Positions 35,909 through 42,740 of a stretch of DNA of 42,740 nucleotides are shown piece by piece (position 1 is the first letter of the stretch; each line of letters starts with the position of its first letter). A program made the position numbers and the translations under genes. The stretch is from Porphyromonadaceae bacterium (GTDB lineage: Bacteria > Bacteroidota > Bacteroidia > Bacteroidales > CAMTPD01), in the NCBI GenBank assembly GCA_003447595.1, contig DLYT01000021.1, forward strand, positions 27,016-69,755, in the 5' to 3' direction. The notes under the pieces were generated by a model, which ran no database searches, was not told where the DNA came from, and saw only the letters and a list, made by a program, of their open reading frames with translations.

Positions 35909-36721
35909 TTAATATCCTTCTTTGATTCGCTTGTTTGAATATTCGAAAAACTTCTCTACTTGTTTTCTGTATTTTCCTTCCGGATATTCATTCAAGTAGT
36001 TATAGTATTCATCAATCACATCACGATAACGAACCTGCAATTTCTCTTCAACTGATTTAGTAGCAAGTTCATGTTTTGCACGCAATGTAAGATACATCAA
36101 CTCCTCACGATACTTTGTGTAAGGATACATCTTCATTGCATTTTGAGATGTGATTACACACGACTCGTAGTTGTTACCCATATAGGTCCCCAAATTATAA
36201 TACAATCTGGCAGCTAAAAGTTCTTTGTAAGCTAACTTTTCTTGCAGTTCGAACAAAATTTTCTGTGCTTCTGCAGCGCGCTCGCTTTGTGGATAGTACT
36301 CTAGAAACAATTGCATCTTAGCAATTGCATCGTACGTTTGTTTCTGATCAAGACGTACATCCGGAGAATCCAGATACAAACCATAACCTGAATAGAAACG
36401 TGCTAGTTGAGTATAATCTCCTTTTGGATAACTAGAACTGTATGTATCAAAATACGATGCTGCTGTTACGTAATCTTTCTGCCCATAATAACTTTGAGCA
36501 AGTAGATACAATGATTCTTCTGCATAGGCTGTACCTTTAAACAAGGTTACCAACTCTTCTAGCAAAGTTGCGGAGCGGTCAAATTTCCCAGCATTGAAAT
36601 ACTTCTTAGCATACTGATACTTCGTTTCGTAGTCAGTACTTTTCAAGATTCTGTTATACTCCCCGCAAGAAGCAAACATTATAGCAACAGCGAATAAATA
36701 TATATACCTTCTCATCAGCAT
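35909..36721 (-). CDS. bamD: outer membrane protein assembly factor BamD (YfiO-like TPR lipoprotein)
   Basis: Lipobox MFASCG after the start MLMRRYIYLFAVAI. TPR-like repeats (YQYAKKYFNAGKFDRSATLLEEL, LYLLAQSYYGQKDY...). I chose the ATG at 36721. Confidence 0.8.
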   Translation of the reverse strand: MLMRRYIYLFAVAIMFASCGEYNRILKSTDYETKYQYAKKYFNAGKFDRSATLLEELVTLFKGTAYAEESLYLLAQSYYGQKDYVTAASYFDTYSSSYPKGDYTQLARFYSGYGLYLDSPDVRLDQKQTYDAIAKMQLFLEYYPQSERAAEAQKILFELQEKLAYKELLAARLYYNLGTYMGNNYESCVITSQNAMKMYPYTKYREELMYLTLRAKHELATKSVEEKLQVRYRDVIDEYYNYLNEYPEGKYRKQVEKFFEYSNKRIKEGY

Positions 36722-36782
36722 GATTTTAGTCTGCAAATTTACAGAATACCTTTGAATTATTAAAATTGTTTGGTTACAATGA

Positions 36783-37208
36783 TTACAACTTATATAGATC
36801 ATCTGCAGCCAAAAGCTCTAGTTTATTCTCTTTTAACACCTCTATACATTGTAATACATTGTTTGGACGTATCACAACATGAGCTGTTTCACCTTGAGCA
36901 AATGCATACATATACTCAACAAAGATACCGGCATCTGTGATGATGCTCATAGCTTTTGCCAGTGCGCCGGGTGTGTTTGGACAATATAGACAAACTACAT
37001 CTGTCACCGTTACTGCATAATGGTGATTTTTAAGAACCTCGAAAGCCTTGTCTACATCAGACACGATAAGCCTTAGTATCCCAAAGTCGGAATTCTCTGA
37101 TACAGTGAAAGCAGCCATGTTGATACCGGCTTCTCCCAATATACGCGACACATCCGTAAATCTGCCACATTTGTTTTCCAAAAAAATAGATAGCTGTCTT
37201 GCTAGCAT
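36783..37208 (-). CDS. ACT domain-containing protein
   Basis: Two ACT-like halves (QLSIFLENKCGRFTDVSRILGEAGINM and VVCLYCPNTPGALAKAMSIITDAGIFV). I chose the ATG at 37208 because the track start at 37247 is a TTG. It follows paaK, which is a known pairing. Confidence 0.7.
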   Translation of the reverse strand: MLARQLSIFLENKCGRFTDVSRILGEAGINMAAFTVSENSDFGILRLIVSDVDKAFEVLKNHHYAVTVTDVVCLYCPNTPGALAKAMSIITDAGIFVEYMYAFAQGETAHVVIRPNNVLQCIEVLKENKLELLAADDLYKL

Positions 37209-37252
37209 AACATATATATTTTCGAGGTTTAAACTCTTACTTTCCAAATCCT

Positions 37253-38554
37253 TTACACAAGCTTTCTGTGATCAATCACACGCTTGGCTTTACCTTGACT
37301 ACGCTCAATACTGCGTGGCTCTACGAGTTTCACGTCCGGAGCAATCCCCAATACCGTTTGCAAACGATGCGCTATTTTCTTTTTCAACGCAATCATTTTA
37401 CTCATTTCATCTGAGAAATATTGTTCGCGTACCTCTACCTGTACCTCAAAGGTATCGGTATTGTTTACACGGTCTACGATGAGCAAATAATGAGGTTCGA
37501 ACTCTTCGAGTTCAAGAATTACCGACTCTACTTGTGAAGGAAATACATTTACACCTCTAATGATCAGCATATCATCACTTCGCCCAAGTATCTTATTCAT
37601 TCGCACCGCAGTACGTCCGCAATCACATACATCATAGTTTAACGATGTCAAATCGCGTGTACGGTAACGAATCATAGGCATTCCTTCCTTCGTCAGTGTT
37701 GTAAACACCAACTCCCCAATTGCACCATCGGCCATTGGCTCTAATGTTTCCGGATCTATAATCTCAGGATAAAAATGATCTTCCCATAGGTGTGTACCAT
37801 TTTGACTCTGACATTCACAACCTACACCCGGACCTATAATCTCTGTCAGCCCATAAATGTCGTATGCCTTAATGCCCATTGCGTCTTCAATCTCCTTACG
37901 CATATTCTCGGTCCATGGTTCTGCGCCAAAGATCCCGATCTTTAATTGAAACTCCTCGCGAGGAATTCCCGAATCTTTTATCGCTTCGGCCAAATAAAGC
38001 GCATATGAAGGGGTACAAGCCAATGCCTTTGCACCGAAATCACGCATCAGTTGGATTTGTTTTTGGGTATTACCACTACTCATCGGAATCACAGTTCCAC
38101 CCAAATACTCAACGCCATTATGGAGTCCCAAACCTCCGGTAAATAAACCATAACCATACGATACCTGTATAGAGTCATGCTTTGTTACCCCATAAGCAGC
38201 AAGGCAACGAGCCACAACTTCCGACCAAATATTTAGATCTTTTCGGGTATATCCTACCACAATAGGCTTGCCGGTTGTGCCCGAGGAGGCATGCAAACGA
38301 ACAATTTCAGACATAGGCACCGCCATGAGTCCAAAAGGATAATTGTCTCTCAAGTCCTGTTTTGTCGTAAATGGAAGCTTTGTTATATCTTCCAAGGTCT
38401 CTATGTCGTCTGGGGTTACCCCCATCTCTTGCATCTTTTTTCTATAAAAAGGTGTATTATGATAAGCATGCTTCACAATCGCTTTTAGGCGAATCGTTTG
38501 TAACTTCTTCAACTCTTCGCGCGGCATGCATTCAATGGTCTCGTTCCAAATCAT
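37253..38554 (-). CDS. paaK: phenylacetate-CoA ligase family adenylating enzyme
   Basis: 433 aa. AMP-binding P-loop [16 protein letters not shown] and YGLTE motif. PaaK-like N-terminus [24 protein letters not shown]. Confidence 0.85.
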   Translation of the reverse strand: MIWNETIECMPREELKKLQTIRLKAIVKHAYHNTPFYRKKMQEMGVTPDDIETLEDITKLPFTTKQDLRDNYPFGLMAVPMSEIVRLHASSGTTGKPIVVGYTRKDLNIWSEVVARCLAAYGVTKHDSIQVSYGYGLFTGGLGLHNGVEYLGGTVIPMSSGNTQKQIQLMRDFGAKALACTPSYALYLAEAIKDSGIPREEFQLKIGIFGAEPWTENMRKEIEDAMGIKAYDIYGLTEIIGPGVGCECQSQNGTHLWEDHFYPEIIDPETLEPMADGAIGELVFTTLTKEGMPMIRYRTRDLTSLNYDVCDCGRTAVRMNKILGRSDDMLIIRGVNVFPSQVESVILELEEFEPHYLLIVDRVNNTDTFEVQVEVREQYFSDEMSKMIALKKKIAHRLQTVLGIAPDVKLVEPRSIERSQGKAKRVIDHRKLV

Positions 38555-38740
38555 CTGTCGTTGTGTGTTATTCTTTTTAAGGTATTAATGTATCGCAAAG
38601 TAACTATATTTTTTATATTTAAAACTATTGAGCTCTAAGAAATAACATTTTTGTAATAGATTTTCAACTGTTTTGGTCAACCGATGAAGCAATGAGACAG
38701 TTATAAATAAAAAGGATTTTCTATTTTAGCATATTTTGCC

Positions 38741-38748
38741 TATCTTTG
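38741..38748 (+). promoter_or_regulatory. -7 box TAtcTTTG upstream of the KamA-family gene
   Basis: Exact match, 134 nt before the ATG at 38882, which implies a long leader. Confidence 0.4.
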
Positions 38749-38881
38749 AAAAGAAGGCACTTTTATCGAATTGCTAACAACTTCAAAAATCCTTATCTAA
38801 ACCGATTTTATCGTCCAATCGCTTGCGATTATACCCCTCGCGAAGAGGTCTATATATAAACTATCAAAAACGAATTCACCT

Positions 38882-40165
38882 ATGACAAAAAAAGAGTATC
38901 AAGCTTTCTCATTACACAACTTTCGAAACATTCCTCAACTATCGCTCCTTCCCGAGAGTGAACTGGAAGCAATCGAAGTTGTAGGACAAGTACTCCCGTT
39001 CAAGGCAAACAACTATGTTACGGAAGAACTTATAAACTGGAATGATGCTCCGAACGATCCTATTTTCACGCTTACATTTCCTCGCAAAGAAATGTTGAGC
39101 AAAGATCAATACGATGCCGTTAAGAATGCTATGAAGGAAGGAAAAGAAGAATTGGCACGTGTTGTGAAAGAAATACGAATGCAGCTTAATCCAAATCCGG
39201 CCGGACAAGAACACAATGTCCCTACATTAAACGGAGTAAAGCTAAAAGGAGTTCAGCACAAATACCGCGAGACGGTTCTATTCTTCCCTAGCCAAGGACA
39301 AACCTGCCATGCATATTGCACATTTTGCTTTAGATGGCCTCAATTCTCCGGCATGTCTGAAATGAAGTTTGCCATGAAAGACGGCGAACTACTTCAAGAG
39401 TATCTACGTACTCATCCGGATGTTACCGACGTTCTTTTTACCGGTGGAGACCCAATGACTGCTTCCGCCAAAATAATCTCGTCTTACATTGAGCCCCTAC
39501 TTACAGAGGAGTTCAAGCACATCCGCACCATTCGCTTCGGGACCAAATCTCTGGCTTACTGGCCATATCGTTATCTAACTGATAATGATTCAAACGACAT
39601 GATTGATTTGTTTGAGAAAATAGTACGTTCAGGAAAGAATGTTGCTATACAAGCTCACTTCAACCACCCTGTAGAATTAAGCACTCCGGCCGTACAGCTT
39701 GCCATTCAACGCATACGAAGTACCGGTGCTCAAATCAGAACACAATCGCCTGTATTAAAACACATCAACGACAAAGCGGAGCTTTGGGCTGAAATGTGGC
39801 AAAAGCAGGTCGACCTGGGTTGTATACCTTACTACATGTTCATTGCTCGCGATACAGGTTCTAAAACATTCTTTGATCTGCCTCTCGAACAGTGTTGGCA
39901 AATATTCCGCAATGCTTATCAACAAGTGAGTGGCATTTGTCGTACCGTGCGCGGACCTAGCATGAGTGCTACTCCGGGAAAGATTCAAATACTTGGTGTC
40001 ACAGAAATTAAAGGTGAAAAAGTATTTGCTTTACGCTTTTTACAAGGCCGCAATCCGGAATGGGTAGGTATGCCATTCTTTGCCAAGTACGATCCGCAAG
40101 CTAGTTGGTTTGATGACTTAAAACCAGCTTTTGATGAAGAAAAATTCTTCTTTGAAGAGGATTAA
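38882..40165 (+). CDS. KamA-family (lysine 2,3-aminomutase-like) radical SAM protein
   Basis: CHAYCTFCFRW cluster motif, VLFTGGDP SAM motif, and 427 aa length comparable to aminomutases. Substrate unknown. Confidence 0.8.
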   Translation: MTKKEYQAFSLHNFRNIPQLSLLPESELEAIEVVGQVLPFKANNYVTEELINWNDAPNDPIFTLTFPRKEMLSKDQYDAVKNAMKEGKEELARVVKEIRMQLNPNPAGQEHNVPTLNGVKLKGVQHKYRETVLFFPSQGQTCHAYCTFCFRWPQFSGMSEMKFAMKDGELLQEYLRTHPDVTDVLFTGGDPMTASAKIISSYIEPLLTEEFKHIRTIRFGTKSLAYWPYRYLTDNDSNDMIDLFEKIVRSGKNVAIQAHFNHPVELSTPAVQLAIQRIRSTGAQIRTQSPVLKHINDKAELWAEMWQKQVDLGCIPYYMFIARDTGSKTFFDLPLEQCWQIFRNAYQQVSGICRTVRGPSMSATPGKIQILGVTEIKGEKVFALRFLQGRNPEWVGMPFFAKYDPQASWFDDLKPAFDEEKFFFEED

Positions 40166-40203
40166 AAGTATAAAGTCTAGCGTAGACTTTTGAACTAAAT
40201 AAA

Positions 40204-40236
40204 ATCCGACCGAACCTTTTATTATTTCGGTCGGAT
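40204..40236 (+). terminator. intrinsic terminator after the KamA-family gene
   Basis: 11-bp stem atccgaccgaa / ttcggtcggat with an 11-nt loop. It is preceded by a smaller hairpin agtcta-gcg-tagact at about 40172-40190. Confidence 0.65.
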
Positions 40237-40241
40237 TATCT

Positions 40242-40249
40242 TATCTTTG
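40242..40249 (+). promoter_or_regulatory. -7 box TAtcTTTG upstream of pspC-like/uvrB
   Basis: Exact match, 82 nt before the ATG at 40331. Only 7 nt separate the pspC-like stop from the uvrB start. Confidence 0.45.
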
Positions 40250-40330
40250 ACATTCGTTTTAATGCACTGGCTACAGGGCATTATTCAATGATAATTCATC
40301 CTATTTATACAACTAAACAAACGTATCGTT

Positions 40331-40522
40331 ATGGAACAAAAAAAGCTAACACGTTCACAAAGTGATAAAATGATAGCTGGCGTATGTGGCGGTCTTGCCA
40401 AATATTTTGACCTTGACCCTACATTAGTGCGTATTGGTTATGCTGCACTAACTATCTTCACTGCTTTTGCCGGATTTATATTTTATTTGATACTTTGGGC
40501 TGTTATGCCTTTGGGAGAATAA
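40331..40522 (+). CDS. PspC domain-containing small membrane protein
   Basis: 63 aa. [34 protein letters not shown] is the PspC signature, followed by one TM helix. Confidence 0.8.
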   Translation: MEQKKLTRSQSDKMIAGVCGGLAKYFDLDPTLVRIGYAALTIFTAFAGFIFYLILWAVMPLGE

Positions 40523-40529
40523 TTCTGCA

Positions 40530-42542
40530 ATGAAATTTGAAATTACATCACAATTTGAGCCTACGGGGGACCAACCCGAGGCTATCAAATCCTTATCTGA
40601 AGGGATAAAAGAAGGCGTTCCTTTCCAGACACTCTTGGGTGTTACCGGATCGGGCAAAACATTTACAATCGCCAATGTTATAAAGAACGTACAAAAACCG
40701 ACATTAATATTAAGCCACAACAAAACACTCGCGGCGCAGCTCTATAGTGAGTTTAAGAGCTTTTTTCCGAATAATGCCGTCGAATACTTTGTTTCATATT
40801 ACGACTACTACCAACCGGAAGCTTACATTCCAACTACCGATACTTATATAGAAAAAGATCTTGCCATCAATGACGAGATCGAGAAGCTACGTATCTCTAC
40901 AACTTCGTCTCTGTTGTCGGGACGACAAGACGTTATTGTTGTTTCCTCGGTATCTTGTCTTTATGGTATCGGTAATCCGGAAGACTTTCACAGCAATGTG
41001 ATCTCTATTAAGGCCGGACAAACCTTTGCCCGCAATCAGTTTCTACGCAAACTAGTAGCCAGCCTCTACTCTCGTAACGAAGTAGAACTGAATCGAGGCA
41101 ATTTCAGAGTAAAAGGAGATACCGTAGATATATTCCTTGCATATACCGACTTTATGGTGCGCGTTATTTTTTGGGGAGATGAAATCGAATCGATCGAAAC
41201 CATTGATCCCATCTCAGGCAACACCTTAGGAGTATATCAAGAATACAATATATACCCAGCCAACTTGTTTGTTACAACCAAAGAGCGTATTGATAATGCT
41301 ATCGGCGAAATCGATTTAGATTTAGGAAGACAGGTTGAATTCTTTAAAGAGATAGGCAAGCCATACGAGGCAAAACGATTGTACGAACGCGTGTCATACG
41401 ACTTGGAGATGATCCGCGAACTTGGGCACTGCTCGGGTATCGAGAATTACTCCCGCTACTTTGACGGACGCCCTCCGGGCACCCGTCCTTTCTGCTTGCT
41501 CGATTACTTCCCAAAAGACTTCTTGGTTGTGATTGACGAAAGTCACGTAACGATTCCTCAAATTCGCGCCATGTATGGTGGCGACTATTCGCGCAAACAA
41601 AACCTTGTTGAATATGGATTCCGTTTACCTTCGGCCCTAGACAACAGACCTCTGAAGTTTGACGAGTTTGAGTCCCTAGCCAAACAAGCAGTTTATGTCA
41701 GCGCAACTCCTGCTGATTATGAGCTGGCCAAATCGGAAGGGGTGATCGTAGAACAGGTGATTCGTCCAACCGGTTTGCTTGATCCAATCATCGATGTGCG
41801 TCCAAGCTTGAATCAGATCGACGACTTGATGGAAGAGATTGTACAACGCATCGAAGTAAACGAACGTACACTTGTTACGACGCTTACCAAGCGTATGGCC
41901 GAAGAATTGACCGATTATCTCACCAAGATGGGGATTAGTTGTAGCTACATCCACTCCGATGTAGACACACTCGACCGTATCCGTATCATGGATGAGCTTA
42001 GAGCGGGGGTTTTCGATGTACTCATCGGGGTGAATCTATTGCGTGAAGGACTTGACTTACCAGAAGTTTCGCTTGTTGCCGTACTCGATGCCGACAAGGA
42101 AGGATTCCTTCGTTCGCATCGCTCGCTTACACAGACCGCAGGACGTGCCGCTCGTAACGTAAACGGAAAGGTTATTTTCTATGCCGATAAAATGACCGAC
42201 AGTATGAAAAAAACCATCACCGAAACAAATCGTCGACGCGAGAAACAGATGGCATACAATGAAGCACATGGTATCCAACCGCGTCAAGTCCAGAAGAACT
42301 CTACTTCGGTATTGGGCAAAGACATCAGAGCGACCGAACCAAAAGCTTATGTAGAACCAAGCACTTCGAGCGTTGCTGCCGATCCGGTTGTACAATACAT
42401 GACCAAACCGCAGCTAGAGAAAGCGATTGGTCAAACAAAGAAAGCCATGCAAGAAGCTGCCAAGAAACTCGAGTTTTTGGAAGCTGCTCAGCTACGAGAC
42501 GAATTAATCAAATTAGAAGAATTGCTTACTACCAAATATTGA
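40530..42542 (+). CDS. uvrB: excinuclease ABC subunit B
   Basis: Walker A GVTGSGKT, VIDESHVT helicase motif II, and C-terminal UVR domain LEFLEAAQLRDELIKLE. Confidence 0.95.
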   Translation: MKFEITSQFEPTGDQPEAIKSLSEGIKEGVPFQTLLGVTGSGKTFTIANVIKNVQKPTLILSHNKTLAAQLYSEFKSFFPNNAVEYFVSYYDYYQPEAYIPTTDTYIEKDLAINDEIEKLRISTTSSLLSGRQDVIVVSSVSCLYGIGNPEDFHSNVISIKAGQTFARNQFLRKLVASLYSRNEVELNRGNFRVKGDTVDIFLAYTDFMVRVIFWGDEIESIETIDPISGNTLGVYQEYNIYPANLFVTTKERIDNAIGEIDLDLGRQVEFFKEIGKPYEAKRLYERVSYDLEMIRELGHCSGIENYSRYFDGRPPGTRPFCLLDYFPKDFLVVIDESHVTIPQIRAMYGGDYSRKQNLVEYGFRLPSALDNRPLKFDEFESLAKQAVYVSATPADYELAKSEGVIVEQVIRPTGLLDPIIDVRPSLNQIDDLMEEIVQRIEVNERTLVTTLTKRMAEELTDYLTKMGISCSYIHSDVDTLDRIRIMDELRAGVFDVLIGVNLLREGLDLPEVSLVAVLDADKEGFLRSHRSLTQTAGRAARNVNGKVIFYADKMTDSMKKTITETNRRREKQMAYNEAHGIQPRQVQKNSTSVLGKDIRATEPKAYVEPSTSSVAADPVVQYMTKPQLEKAIGQTKKAMQEAAKKLEFLEAAQLRDELIKLEELLTTKY

Positions 42543-42546
42543 TTTT

Positions 42547-42740
42547 ATGAAACGTTGCAGTACAATACTATGTGCTCTGATAGCTATTCTTTGGATATCA
42601 ACCACACAGGTACAAGCTCAAGAAACAGAATACACAGATAAGGATGTTGAAATCTTCAACAACTATGTAAAAGCCATGAATAGCAAAGAGCTGCTTTCTA
42701 TACATGATATGCTTGTAGAAACAGCTAAGTATTTTTCGAA
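42547..42740 (+). CDS. secreted protein, 3'-truncated by window edge (possibly DUF1460-like)
   Basis: Not in the ORF track. From the ATG at 42547 the frame stays open to the window end: MKRCSTILCALIAILWISTTQVQAQETEYTDKDVEIFNNYVKAMNSKELLSIHDMLVETAKYFS. Clear signal peptide. The family guess is weak. Confidence 0.5.
   Translation, partial: MKRCSTILCALIAILWISTTQVQAQETEYTDKDVEIFNNYVKAMNSKELLSIHDMLVETAKYFS

Noticed and set aside
40331-42542. PspC-domain minigene apparently co-transcribed with uvrB, and uvrA embedded in a transglycosylase-uvrA-HAD operon
   Set aside because: These are plausibly just lineage-specific operon contexts. Nothing in the sequence indicates a functional link, and I cannot assess conservation without comparative data.
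1-42740. Search for mobile elements, prophage, defence islands, tRNA/rRNA/tmRNA and toxin-antitoxin pairs
   Set aside because: No transposase, integrase, recombinase, large ATPase, nuclease or reverse-transcriptase-like ORFs are present. There are no cloverleaf-like GC-rich segments in the spacers, and no small adjacent ORF pairs outside annotated genes.

Overview
This chromosomal window reads like a Bacteroidales (Bacteroidota) genome. Bacteroides-type TAnnTTTG -7 boxes sit about 20-130 nt upstream of many start codons. The gene content includes the phylum-typical bamD-rpoZ-DUF4293 cluster and DUF4491/DUF4494-type conserved hypotheticals. I call 37 CDS, two of them cut by the window edges, and nearly all are housekeeping. 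They include pflBA, an OPT peptide transporter, HAD/SSF/engB, a marR-hlyD-MFS efflux operon, a LemA-M48 protease pair, yggS and a DHOD-like flavoprotein. There is also a Cys-rich MarR next to an 813-aa CoA-disulfide-reductase/rhodanese/TusA/DsrE fusion, an AsmA-like envelope protein, uvrA and uvrB at separate loci, LysM/transglycosylase murein genes, paaK-ACT and a KamA-family radical SAM enzyme. I see no rRNA, tRNA, CRISPR array, transposase, integrase, phage or recognisable defence genes. The only accessory-looking stretch is about 23.5-27.8 kb. It holds a 0.67-kb gene-free convergent spacer with a 22-bp-phased array of about 10 imperfect palindromes. Directly next to it are two diverged tandem copies of a two-gene module of LuxR-type HTH proteins, one with a PAS-like HPDD sensor domain and one with an unassigned N-domain. 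A shorter array of the same 22-bp family lies 23.5 kb away (447-556). An unrelated 5 x 23-bp phased repeat sits upstream of the OPT transporter. These non-coding arrays and the LuxR modules are the best candidates for something undescribed. Their structure is read directly from the sequence, but every functional statement about them is inference. All family assignments come from motif recognition by eye, not from searches.
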